From Phallusia mammillata (Eukaryota): 64,000 bases of DNA. Position 1 is the first letter of the stretch; each line of letters starts with the position of its first letter. The notes beneath the pieces are model-generated. The model was not told the DNA's origin, did not search any database, and saw only the letters and a list, made by a program, of their open reading frames with translations. This document shows positions 25,609-38,166 of this stretch, piece after piece. A program made the position numbers and the translations under genes. Where the stretch lies: the NCBI GenBank assembly GCA_965637545.1, contig OZ281495.1, positions 26,226,001-26,290,000 of the forward strand, written 5' to 3'.

Positions 25609-26988
25609 ATGGAAAAAAGTCCTAGTTTTGCGCAAGTTACAACAAAGAGGTGGGGAACGTTTGAAGAGACGCACTTGCATGAGCTTTAAAACAAGAAGTC
25701 AAAGCAAAAGAGAAGATGTTGTCAATATGATAGAAAAAGAAAGCTTTTCAATAAAGAAGCTGGTGGGAATATCTGAACGAAAGGGAAATTTAGTGGACGT
25801 GACGTGTACCACAAGAAAAGCTGTACTGGAGTTGTACGAAAAATTGGTACAAGTTGATGAAGTATATTCGGTAAGACTGTATGAATCCGACAACTTAAAT
25901 GTGGCGGTGGGTTGGGTACCTATACCCTTTCCTAACGAGGAAATTAAAAAAGAATCTGAGAAAAGATATGGTGATGTAAAAAATATCCAACACCGGAAAG
26001 ATAAAAAAGGACTATTAACTGGAATGAGAATTCTCACTCTTGACAGAGCCGATGTGGAGAAAAACCCAATCCCAAGCTATGTTACGATGAACGGATATGA
26101 ATTTTACTGCACGTACAACGGGCAACAAATAACGTGCAAATACTGCACAAAACCTGGGCACAAACAACAAAACTGCCCTGAAAGAATAAAAGACTACCCG
26201 AAACTGGAAACAAGCCAAAAAGTAACCGCGAAAGGCGTTGATTGCCCCGCCACCGATAAGAGTGGCAACAAGGGCGCTGGAGAAGATAAGAGTTCAGACA
26301 AGCCGATTGGGGAACCGCTAGATTTGGACACCGCCGACACCTTCACCAAAACGGGTGAAATTGAGATAAGCAACACAGAAACAAGGTTGCCTGAAACAAA
26401 GCAAATTAGCAAGCCCCCTATGGAACTAAAGCAGGGTTCGTCGAGAAAACGCCATGAAAGAAGCCCAACTGAACCAAACCTGCACCAAGCAAAATCAATC
26501 AGCCTTAGCGAGCTAAAAATCCCCATTTCCTGCCCAATATGCGATGAAGATGGATACGTGACAGAGAAACACACCAGTTTCTTTTGTTGGAAATGCTCGT
26601 TGGAGTTTAACATTGCCACAGCGTGCTGCAACGAACTGGACCGATTTCTGGTCCCGGATAAGGAGGTGACAACGAACTGCACCATCTGCAATCAACCTAT
26701 GAGGAAAATGCCCTGCTGTCACAAGTTTCAGAGTATCAAACCGACGAAGGTACTTTCGAATGTCTGGAATGCGAAAGGTACGCGATGTTTTGCGTGTGTA
26801 AAACCGTTAACGCAATACCCAAACGAACCATGACGACCAACTGTCTAAACAACTATTGCAAGTACACAATTGTTAATTGTAACTGTGGGAAGAAAACCTG
26901 CCAACTTTTGGGGCTTAACAAACCCTATCTTTGCGAATGCGGCTTTGAATATGAATTTGACATCGAAATAGGTGTAGAACGCGTTTAA
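25609..26988 (+). pseudogene. L1/Tx1 ORF1 (RNA-binding, zinc knuckle, Cys-rich tail), two inferred frameshifts
   Basis: ATG 25609 gives MEKSPSFAQVTT and must shift into the long ORF (25574-26833). The Cys-rich frame DEGTFECLECERYAMFCVC...CECGFEYEFDIEIGVERV ends with TAA 26986-26988, directly before the ORF2 ATG at 26989. Confidence 0.7.
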
Positions 26989-29900
26989 ATGCCGCTTTCT
27001 ATCATAACTTACAACGTTGCTGGGTTGCAAAACCCCAAGAAACGAAGAAGTGTGTTTTATTTTCTGCGTCAGAAAAAAATTGATATAATTTGTCTACAAG
27101 AAACGCACACATCCGCATCCTGCCTCAAACAATGGAAATTAGAATGGGGTGGGGAAATTATAGCCTCGCACGGCACAACAAAAAGCAAAGGAGTGGCGGT
27201 ATTGTTCTCCAAGAATCTATCGTACTTAAAACACGAAGTGATAGTTGACAATCTTGGGCGCTTTGTTATGATAGACCTTGAAATATCTGACCAGCGTTTA
27301 ACACTATGTAATGTTTACGGACCTAACAAAGACAGCCCGCATTTTTATGACAATCTGTTTAGCCGCTTGGAGGAGCAACGCGCCGAAAGCGGAACAGATG
27401 AATTTATTTTAGCCGGGGACTTCAACTGCGTACTTAATGATGAAGTAGATAAAACCGGAGGAAAAACTACGCATAGCAACCGCCGCGCGAAAAATACAAT
27501 TTTACAAGCGATGGAAAGATTTGAGTTATATGACGTGTTTCGCATCAAAAATCCGACTCTAAAACAATACACTCGCACACAAAAACACCCACACACAGCA
27601 AGTCGCATATAGACTTTATACTCGTCACAAATACACTTTTGAACAGGACCACCCAAATTCAGATAGAACCAAGCACACAATCAGACCATTCCATCGTCAA
27701 ACTCGTAATTAATCTCGATAAAATACCTAGGGGAAGAGGGTATTGGAAGATGAACACGTCCTTGTTGGACGACGCAAAATTTGTAAAAAAAAATAAAACA
27801 TGGATCGCCGAAAAAAGTATAAAAATAACGATAATGGGTCTGTATCTCCCCAAGTCCTCTGGGAAGCACTAAAATGCAACCTAAGGGGATCTATTATCAA
27901 ATACGCTTGCGAAAAGGGAAAAAAAATGAAAGCCCAACAAACAGAGCTAGAAAATAAACTTTCAGAAATGCAAAAATCACCCCAACCCCATGACGAACGC
28001 ACGACGAGCGAAATCGCAATAACCCAACAACAATACGACAATATTATTGAAAGATACAGCAAAAGCGCAATAGTAAGAAGTAGGGCGCGGTGGGCAGAAT
28101 ATGGTGGCAAAAACAACTCATACTTCCTAAATCTGGAGAAACGAAGAATGGAGAAACAGGCCATTACTAGATTAAACTCAAACTCCAAAATAGAAAGTTC
28201 TAAAAGACCATTTGAAAGTCTCCAAAATAAAAAGTTCTAAAAGACCATTTTGAAACGCTGTATCAGGCAAGTAAAAACCCGTGCCGCACTACAAATGATG
28301 AAATGAACGACTACGTAAACAGTGTAGGGTGTCCAAGATTAGATAAGGAAAACACGAACGCGTGTGAAGGGAAACTGACTGTTGAGCAATGCTATGAAGC
28401 ATTAAAGACAATGAAAAACAACAAATCCCCGGGTCTAGACGGCTTTCCGGCGGAGTTTTACAAAGTATTTTGGAAAGATATAAAATGTCCGTTGGTTAAT
28501 GCATTTAACCATGCGTTTGAAACAGGTGCCTTTTCTGGGCAAATGACTTGGGGGGTCGTAACTTTAATCCCCAATCCAGAAAAAGACCTTTTATACGCCG
28601 AAAACTATCGTCCTATTACCCTATTGAACGCAGATTATAACATAGCTTCTGAAGCCATCAACAGTTGCTTAAAAAAAGTACTCGCCACGATTATAGCACC
28701 TGAACAGTCGGGGTTTGTAAAAGGTAGATACATAGGAGATAATATAAGAACGCTTTTCAACATTTGGGATCATATTTCTGAGCAAGGATTGCATGGGGCC
28801 CTACTGTTTTTAGATATATGTAAAGCCTTTGATTCAGTGGATTGGAACTTTGTTAACATAGCTTGTTCCAAATTTGGATTTGGAAAATAGATGTGCAGAT
28901 GGATTAAAACATTCTATGTTAACTCACAATGCTTGATCATTAATAACAACCACATGTCTACCCCTTTTAGGATAGAAAGAGGCGTTCGACAAGGGGATCC
29001 GCTGTCCCCTTTGTTGTTTGTTATAGTCATAGAATTCCTGGCCTTGTCTATTAAACAGAACAAAGCCGTAAAAGGAATTAACGTAGGTGCAAAGGAAGTT
29101 AAAATTTCGCTTTTTGCGGACGACTCGTTACTTTTTCTAGACGGTTTAGAAAAAAAGCTTTCGTGCAGCTTTTGCAGAAGCAAAGGAATTTGGCAAACAC
29201 ACTGGCTGTAACATTAATCTTGCGAAATCATGCGCCATGTATATAGGCGAAAGACAACCTAACGCCAATCAGCACCTTTCTTCGGAAGGTCTTTCATGGC
29301 CAAATACGTTCATAAAATATCTAGGCGTAAAAATTCCAGTGATTAGAAACAAAACCAATCTGTTTTCACTCAACTTTGAATCTATAGGAAAGGAAATTGA
29401 AGCTGTAACAAAACCATGGCTAGCAAGATCACTCTCGTTATTAGGACGAGTGATCATTATCAAAACCCTTGCGATACCCAAACTGCTGTACAAACTGAGC
29501 GTTTTGCCCATTAGTATACCGCAAAAATTTCTGAAAGAAATTAAACGAAAACTTTTTACTTTTCTTTGGGTCTCCAACTGGGAGAGAGTCGGCAGGAAAA
29601 TATTGTATTGCAGAATAGAGGACGGTGGCGTGGAAATGATAGACCTAGAAGCCTATGCAAAATCACTTCGTTTCTCCTGGATACGGAAACTATTTGATGC
29701 TGACTATGATTCTTATTGGAAAACAATTGAAACTAGTATTACTTCACTGAACGCCATGATTTGCATTGCAGCCACCAATTTAAAACTCTCGCACAAAGAG
29801 GTCACTAAACTAACTCCCCTCTCGACATTCTGGTCATCGATTGACCTATGGAAAGAATGTGTAACCCAATTTTGGAAGCAGAACACATTTTATAACTACG

Positions 29901-30796
29901 GTATCTGGTTAAACAACAAAGTAATATTCAAACGAAAACCCATCGCCTTCGAAAGCTTTATAAACGCTGGTATACTAAAGTACCAACAAATTATAGACAA
30001 CAATTTAGACTATCACAGCTTCGAAAGCGTTTGCGAAAATTACCAATTGATAAACAACAATCAAAACCATGCAAACTACCAGTGCCTTATTGCGGCAATT
30101 CCAACAACTTGGGAAACTTTTACACCTGACAAACCAGACAGAGAAACAGTCCTGGACAAAATATGGACAGGAATAAAAGACAAATTATCCACAGCCAAAA
30201 ATGCGTACGAGTTCTTTGCTTCGGGTAATAAACAGCAACCGATCGAGCAGCAACAAAAATGGGAACTAATTCTACAAGCGGCGCCCTTAAACTGGTCAAA
30301 CATCCACAAAAACTTGCATGAATGTACAATGGAAACTAGACTGCGCTCCTTCCAAATTAAATTCAACCTAAGAGCCATTGTTCTAAACGATGGGCTTTAT
30401 GGATTTGGGATTGCGGATGCTGATGTGTGCACATTTTGTGGTGTGTGCAGAGAAACCATGTATCATTTATTTTGTGAATGTATTCATGTCCAGGTATACT
30501 AGGAAAACGTAAGTGCCTGGATTGACAGTGCCATGTGTAATCGAATCGACCTTAACAATTGTATAAAACTCTTTGGAATCCACAATGAATGCTTTGAAAA
30601 AGGTTTTTTAACTTGATTAACTGCTTGCTTTTGATGGTTAGATTTGTTATTTACAAAAGTAAGATTCAAAAACTGAGGCCAAAGGTGGAAATGTTTGTTT
30701 ATGAGATGAAACGTTGTAAGTGCAATGAAAAATTTGTTTCTCGAAAAAATGATACTATGTGGAAATATAGATTGAAGTGGAATGCCCAACTGCGCT
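26989..30796 (+). pseudogene. L1/Tx1 ORF2 (APE endonuclease + reverse transcriptase + zinc finger), disrupted
   Basis: Consecutive ORF fragments 26989-27612, 27639-27872, 27800-28240, 28303-28890, 28891-29211, 29237-30502, 30613-30798, separated by small indels and TAG stops. Confidence 0.92.
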
Positions 30797-31556
30797 AATG
30801 GCTATATGTGTTTGCTCGTTATAATCGTCTTTTTGTCGTGATGTTTATGCGCAACAAATAAAAAAAAAAACGACAAAAACGGAATCGCGACCGCATTAAA
30901 AGTTCGTATTTCGGGTTTGCGAACCATGCCACAAAGCGACGCGTTCTGGGACCCATGTGCAATAAACCATGAGCCTACGCACTGTCATATCACGACACGC
31001 AAGTGGTCGAGCCATCATTTACAAAGCGTGCAGTGAAAAGCATCTAAATCTAACCCTGGCTACATGTAGACGTCACGCTTATCCGCTAACTTTAGTGGAC
31101 TTGCCATAAAGTGGCATATGTTACAGTATAATCCCAGTTCTAAGTCAGGTTCAGTCACAAACTCGCTTCGTTTGTTCGGTTTCCAAATGAGCGGTAATTA
31201 CGTTAGTCGGGTTAGTAAAGAAGATCAAATTGTAGACTTGTCCGTTGTTGGATGAATCACCTTTTCAGTGTCAACAAGTAAAATCAGTGTAGTTAAAACA
31301 ACAACATGATAAAGAATAACTAGCAGGCTACTAACAGAACTTTGCTGTTTACACAACCCTGTTTAAAGTTTTAGAAGAAAAGCTTGGTCGTGCGCTGTAT
31401 AAGCTTAACATCCCGGAAATTCCTTACCATTTCAACACGTCTACATTAGTTTGATGTTTACAATTTATCAATATGAAGTTTGTGCCGAAAAGTTTTGTTT
31501 TGTGGCAGGCTACTCCAGGAATAGTAACCCTAGCTATAGGAAACACTGGAAGGGGA

Positions 31557-34500
31557 ATGAATTCACTAAAAACTGTTGCCTTGGTCCTGATATTCGTATC
31601 TGACTTTATCACGATTATAAAGGGGCACACAGGTAATGAGATAATACTAGCCGCCTGATGTATTTTATATGTGCACTGTGTTGTTACAACTTTTGGTAAA
31701 AAAACCAAACAATTGGTCGTTCTGGTAATGAAATTGGTGCTGGTTGAACTTACCATTATGTCCCAAGTGTTTTCGATTTAAACAAGCTTTTTACAGTGAC
31801 GTGCAAGACACAGTTTTCTAACCTAAGGCATTCGATCACGAGCGTGATTTGCCCGGCAAACTGTTGGGAAGAAAATCCGTCGTTGTGTGGAAATGGGGTT
31901 TACACAAGCGGCCCGATATGTCTTGCAGCAATGCACGACCAACAGATTGACAGTAAACGATACTGCATTTGTGTGTCAAAAAACAAGCCCGACGCAAATT
32001 ACTATTACTTTAGATTCGGGTGGACTTGTTCAAGTTTTTCGCAATCCAGGCCGAGGAGCTCATTTGTACGGAAAACAAAGAAATGGCGTTCAAACTCAAA
32101 CCTGCTCTGCGAGCAAATACTCTTACACATTTTCAAGTAGGAATATGTTCAAATGACATAGTGTTTTTTTTCGACGCGATAAGTTAATAATGTTTTAGTG
32201 ACTTGCGAAACAACTGGCGAATGCGAACTACCGATTACCCATGTCTACTGTCCGGCGAATTGCAAAGCTGTTTCGTACACCTACGCAAGTGGAAAATATT
32301 TTACCAACAGCTCTGTCTGCGCTGCTGCTAGAAAAGAAAGGAAGATTTCGTGTACGTGAAATAGCCAAGTAAAAAACTATAAAATTATATACTTAAGTTA
32401 TATTAAAACTTTATTTTTTTAGCCGCTGGTGGAAAAGTGGTTATCTACTCTCTGAAGGCAAAACCATACAACAATTCGTCAACAAACAACACCAAGTGGT
32501 TTTCGTTTGAAGGTAAAATTGTGACCAAGTAGTTTGGTCATCCACGATTATGTTGTTTTGTACACTTTGTTTTCCTGGTTTGGCACCGTCACCCGCATTT
32601 CTTGTGTCTTGTGTTATTTGGTTTGTGGCACGTTGTTAGCCTTCCCTTCGTTTGCCTGTACGGTTACACGAGTTGCGCTGATTGGTCTGGAGCGCGCTGC
32701 TTTACCAATCAGGCACTTACAAAAGCAACTTCTGCTATGTAAAACGGGCTTTTTCTCTGGGTGGCGCGTGTAACGAGTGGTGTTGGTTGGTTAAAGCTGG
32801 TTGCCACGTGTTGTTGCATTTTAACGTAGCTACTTTTATCGTTGTTGATTTTAAGGTTTTTAATAAAGTTGCGCCGCCCAAAATTAAACCAGTGCGCGGT
32901 ATCTTTGGCTTTGGTGGTGAGCCGTTATTGCAGGGTTCGGGCCAAGAATAATTCTGTAACAAATTGGCGAGCACGCCAGGACCCTGTCACCATCACCCGC
33001 TGGTTTAGTTTAAAGAGAAAAGTCAATTTTTGGGCAACGTTTTGTTCATTTGGATGAACTATAATCGAGATTAACCATGTTTTTATATGCTTTATCGCAA
33101 TCACCGCGTTACGGCGGAAGGTTAAGCCTTTATGACTTTGCTATACTGTTAGAAACCTATTGTGATCACGTCAAAGCGCCGGAACGAGATAAGCAAGCGC
33201 TATTAAAGAGGCTGGTTGCTGAAGATCAGTTGGCCTATTTGCAAGAAACTGTGCCTGATCTGCAGGCTGCGCCTTATTAGGATCTAAAGCGAAGCGCAGC
33301 AAAGTTCGATTCTAGGATCCAGGATCAAGAGGAAATGCGAGAACGGTTTGCGCCGCCAGAAACGACGCCCGCTGTGGTACAAAAGTGTGATTTGCCAGTG
33401 GAACGTGTGGCAGCCGTTGAATTTTGCAGACCGTGTGACGTGCCCGTGGAACGTGTGCCACCCGATGAATTCTGCAGAGATTGTGATGTGCCGGTGGGAC
33501 ATGTACCACCCAATGAATTCTGCAGACTGTGTGACGTGCCGTTGGAACGTTTGCCACCCGATGAATTCTGCGGAGATTGTGATGTGCCGGTGAAACGTTT
33601 GCCACCCGATGAATTCTGCAGAGATTGAGATGTGTCGGTGGAACGTGTGCCACCTGATGAATTCAGCGGAGAGTGTAACTTGCCACAGGAACTTGTGCGG
33701 CTCGATAACCCCTGTGTCAAGGAAAAACCAAAGCGGCGGGCAACGACTCAAAATTCCTGCATGAAGTGCTACGTCTTGCGATGGCCAATCGACCAACATA
33801 GATTAAGATTCATTTGCTACCTCAAGAAGGTTGACCGGCTAAAGTCTGATTATACTGCGCGTCAGGAGTTGCGCCAAAGATAGCCCCAACCAGTACAATT
33901 CTTTGCATAAAGTATTCCTCTTCGGAGATAATCCTGAGCCATCCGTCAACAAGCGACGGAAAAGCAGAAGACGATCGGTGCGGGAACGGTTGCAGTTGAG
34001 CAAGGGTCAACCTTTGTGTGTCATTAGTGAAAAACGTTTATAGGCTGCAGCCTCACAGAATGACGCATTGCAGCGAATGATTTCAAAGGCGTTATATAAA
34101 CAAATTTCGACGCAGGTGTGGTCCTACAGGGGTCGGACACATCTAGGCTGGGGGAAATGTGACCAAATAGTTTGGTCATGCACGATTATGTTGTTTTGTA
34201 CACTTTGTTTTCCTGATTTGGCACCGTCACGCGCATTTCTCGTGTTATTTGGTTTGTGGCACGTTGTTAGCATTCCCTTCGTTTGCCTGTACGGTTACAT
34301 GAGTTGCGCTGATTGGTCTGAAACGCGCTGCTTTACCAATTAGGCACTTACAAAAGCAACTTCTGCTATGTAAAACGGGCTTTTTCTCTGGGTGGCGCGT
34401 GTAACGCGAGGTGTTGGTTGGTTAAAGGTCGCCACGTGTTGTTGCATTTTAACGTAGCTAGTTTTATCGTTGTTGATTTTAAGGTTTTTAATAAAGTTGC

Positions 34501-37406
34501 GCCGCCCAAAATTAAACCAGTGCGCGGTATCTTTGGCTTTGGTGGTGAGCCGTTATTGCAGGGTTTGGCCCAAGAATAATTCCACCAGGGTAACATCAAA
34601 ACTGACATTAAAACGGACGTGTACGTCGCTCTCTGGTTGGTGCCGGAAGTTGTTTAAAGCTTTTGATTGGAGGTGCTTAAAATCTTTACGCTTGTCATAT
34701 AGGTGCTTGCGTTTTTACCCTTTTAAATTTTGCTCATCGCGGTTTTAATTTTTTTTTTACTTTTGCTGTGATATTACCTTGATGAAGGCGACCTGAATCG
34801 GACGTTGAAACGTCGGTTAAAACAAAACGTTTGCACAAAAAGCATTATTTAGTTGATAAATTACGCCTGGCACCAACAGTTTACATGCAGTTTAATCGGA
34901 TAAATACAGCCATGATAAGCATAGCTGTTATTAGGTTGAATGCTTTCAAAAAACCTGCACAGGGCATTATGGTAATAATCATGTTTTGCTTTCATTCCAG
35001 ACTTCAATGTTTGTTTGTTGTTCAACCCATGCGCGCTTCCCGGCGCTTGTGTGAACCTACTTGCCGATTTTGCCTGCCAATGTCCTGCAAGATACACAGG
35101 AAAATACTGTGAAACTGGTAAGTCGAATTTAATATACTGTTTAGCAACGACAAAGAGGCTGGTAACTTCTGACACGCGTGGTATTTTAAGTTTCTGGTAG
35201 ACAATTTTAACCGAACTTAGATATATCTCGAAAAAGTTTCTTTGTTATTTCTTCTGCTTAGTTTTGCCCAATTCGTTACAGCAAAATACCTTAAAAATCT
35301 TTTTTTGAAATTTTTTGACTTCACTCAATTCTTTGTTGTATATATTGTCAAAATTTGGCATCACAAAGACGGCAAAAAAAGCTTATTTAATATTTTACCT
35401 CAAGAAATGAAATGCTGGGATGGAAACTACAGTGGAACTTATAACGCCGGAGGAAAATTATTGTTGTGTGTCCAAGGTTGGCTGGTAAGTCTGGCTGGTT
35501 GGATGATCGTTCCTGTCAATCTCACTTGAATAATTTTGTTTCGTTTCAGGTAATTCAGCGACGTGCCACAGGGCAAGTAGATTTTAATAAAACGTGGACA
35601 GAGTACAAACAGGGATTTGGATCTACGTCCAACGAGTTTTGGCTTGGTAGGTTTTTTGAACAAATCGCGTCAACGCAACAACACGAACAAAAACAACAAC
35701 AACACCAACACGAACAATAACAGCAACAACACGAATCTAGCTTGGTACATTATTTGAAAGAATAGCGAAACACAACATTTGAAAGACTCGCGACAACAAC
35801 ACGCACAACAACAACAGCAACAATTTTGAACAACAGTTTGCAGGGTCCGAGTTAAAAAAAGGAATTCTTCCATCTTGGAGAGCCTGCATGTATTTGAATT
35901 AATTTACAGTGGCGTTAAGACAATTATCTATGATCAACATTTGTGATAGACTGGTGCAATCCCAACTGCTTTAGAACCTGGTTGGTTCAGAAAATAATTT
36001 TTTTTGTCTGTTCATCATACCAAACATAGCTGACAACATGCCGAAGATGTTCGCAAATCACCAGCAAACGATCAAAAATATATTGATTTTGCCAATAGAG
36101 TGCGGTACAGGTAACCAATACTTTTTTGTGTGCAGGATTAGAAGCGATCCACCGAGTGACTAAGACAAAACCTTGCCGAATTAGATTTAACTTGACTGAT
36201 TATGCGTCCAAGTTTGTACAAGCAACATACAAGTAAAATCAATAATTTTTGTTCCAAATACTTTTTAATAAAAGATTGTAACAACTGACTCAATTCTTTT
36301 ATATTTATAGTGTAACGAGCATTGTTGAATTATTTGACAGAAATCGTCCTTAAAAGCAGTTATCACATTACATCAAGCAAACATAAGACGTTTTATTGAA
36401 TCTAGTCTCCTAGTCTCGAAGCACTTTTTTATCCGACAAGGGATAGGAAAATTAAAAACTGGAGCTTACGAAGCCAAAGCAGGCTATAATTTTAGCCTAT
36501 ACATTGTTGCATAGAGATATGCTTGTGAGATTGGCTCAATTGTGATGTCCTGTGTTTTGTTGTTCCGGTCTGTATGAACTTGTTTGCAACACATATTAAG
36601 CAGTAGTGCAAATTTTGCAGCGATTTTCGTATTGGCCCGGAGACCGACAATTACCGTTTAAACATATCGGGGTATGTGACGTCATCCACTGCTCCCGATG
36701 CGATGTTTTATACAAACAGAATTGTTTTATATCCGAATGGACATCACAACGGAATGCAATTTAGCACTTACGACAATGACAACGATATCGGGTGAGTGTT
36801 GCTTGGCTGCTGCAACCTGATGTGGTAATTCAATTTAGATGATTATTGACAAAGTAAGCATGTCGTAGGGTTTCAATGCAAGGGTTTCAACGCATTAGCA
36901 AAAGGATTGAGAGTTTTCAGTGAAGTCTCAAGACTTCAGACATTCGTTATCCTACATTCTCAAATTCAAAAATATGCCTAAAAATAAACAGTTCACTTAG
37001 TGATATAAATTTATCCGCATTAAAAAATCACTTTGGCACCTGGAGGATCAGTGTCACGATGGTCTTTTAAGTGTTGTCTTCACAATCTGTTTTATTCCAA
37101 TACCTTTAATCGTCACACTTTTCCAGTATCTAAGTTCTGCTCGCCGCTATTTTGTTGAGAGGAGCATGCACCCGTGTCGCCTACTATTAAACTTACTGAT
37201 ATCTAACCATGCCAATGTTTTCACATAACAGAGGGGCCAATTGTGCCAGCAGCCGGGGTGGTGGCTGGTGGTACGGTCAGTGCGACTGGACGAATCTCAA
37301 TGCTCTGTGGGGCAACATGTGGCCGTACATTAAGTGGTATGCAGGTGGTCCTGTTTCAAACAAAAAGGCTTTCAAGGCTGTTTCTATGGAGGTTCGGTGT
37401 GGCTAA
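31557..37406 (+). CDS. g4: divergent type-C SP-LCCL-LCCL-EGF-FReD protein, open ORF of 444 aa
   Basis: Exons 31557-31632, 31797-31952, 32014-32136, 32199-32351, 32423-32512, 35001-35117, 35405-35484, 35550-35646, 36136-36232, 36621-36791, 37232-37406; total 1335 nt, open. FReD reads VIQRRATGQVDFNKTWTEYKQGFG..EFWLGLEAIH. Intron 5 hosts an LTR element. Confidence 0.88.
33077..33883 (+). pseudogene. Internal ORF of the LTR element: gag-like N-terminus plus Cys-rich 16-aa repeats, two in-frame stops
   Basis: ORFs 33077-33280, 33335-33628 and 33632-33883 share one frame, separated only by TAG (33278-33280) and TGA (33626-33628). The N-terminal YGGRLSLYDFAILLETYC..DKQALL resembles a retrotransposon gag capsid start (inference). 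Confidence 0.65.
33386..33721 (+). repeat. 48-bp tandem repeat, 6 good units + 1 degenerate
   Basis: Units start at 33386, 33434, 33482, 33530, 33578, 33626 and 33674. Consensus peptide CDVPVERVPPDEFCRD. Confidence 0.92.
35670..35840. repeat. CAA-rich low-complexity tract in g4 intron 8
   Basis: Imperfect (CAA)n / CAACAACACG runs. Confidence 0.7.
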
Positions 37407-38166
37407 AGATTAGCTTGCTGTATATTGTGTTGTTTTTTTGTTTCGATCATCAATATGTTATATGATAGCTTTGCGCAAATACAACTGTCATATTTCATTG
37501 AACAGTCATCGCATACCAAAGTAGCATTTTTTCGCAGATTTCGTGTGTTTAAAGTATGACGTTTCGAGTGACTATATTTTAACATACATAATGGATCACA
37601 GATTGCCTTTCAGGCTAGCATTGCCGTAATGTGTTGATAATAAAAAACGCACCTGGGAAAAAGGTACAATCTCTTTTAGCCGTCTATATCATTAACAGTA
37701 TGTGACAAGATGTTTGTATTACAGATGTGGCGTGTTGTAAGCAGGATGTCTGAACGAATTGGCTTGTACCTATATGTCCCTGCTAACCACGCCCAAATTG
37801 ATTTGAAATGTATGTGGCAAAAAAAGGTGGTTTTGTATTAGCGGGAAGCATACAATGATAAATATATAAAGTATAACTCGTTTACTATGGCCAATTTAAG
37901 TCATTTACAATCGCCTAAAAGTAAAATTATTGATTTACATCTAGTTTACTGGCAATGCGCCGATTAAAACAACGAAAGCAGTTTTTTGTGCTTATAACTC
38001 CTCTGTAAAATTACTGACTTTTACACGGCATAAACATTAGGTTTCGAAGCTTATATTCTTGCCAATTATTTGAGGTACTTCTTTTTGAGGGATGGTAGTT
38101 TTTTTTTCAAAAAAACAACAACAAAAAAACAAACCAAATTTTTTTTTAGCCAGGCCAGAATGTCAA

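Larger units (their letters stand above)
25568..30870 (+). mobile_element. Near full-length, inactivated L1/Tx1-clade non-LTR retrotransposon
   Basis: ORF1 has a CCHC knuckle (CKYCTKPGHKQQNC). ORF2 has an APE endonuclease (ITYNVAGL, CLQETH, GDFNC, SDH), RT (SPGLDGFPAEFY, NYRPITLLN, GVRQGDPLSP, FADD at 29113-29124) and a C-terminal CTFC..ETMYHLFCEC. Poly(A) at ~30860-30870. Homology to host spacer copies ends at ~25567. No TSD found. Confidence 0.93.
32520..34595 (+). mobile_element. Non-autonomous LTR retroelement (Gypsy-like) in intron 5 of g4
   Basis: Direct repeats 32520-32961 and 34158-34595, both TGTGAC...GTAACA. PBS TGGCGAGCACGCCAGGAC at 32965-32982 resembles the complement of a tRNA-Arg 3' end. 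Purine tract GGGGGAAA immediately before the 3' LTR. The ~1.2-kb internal region has no pol. TSD not evident. Confidence 0.9.

Noticed and set aside
33386-33721. 48-bp repeats as a CRISPR-like array
   Set aside because: The units are directly adjacent with no unique spacers, keep one reading frame, and lie in a eukaryotic LTR element with no cas genes.
33284-33799. Minus-strand ORFs (171, 131 and 113 aa) over the repeat
   Set aside because: These are by-products of a stop-poor tandem repeat. The LTR, PBS and PPT orientation supports the + strand frame.
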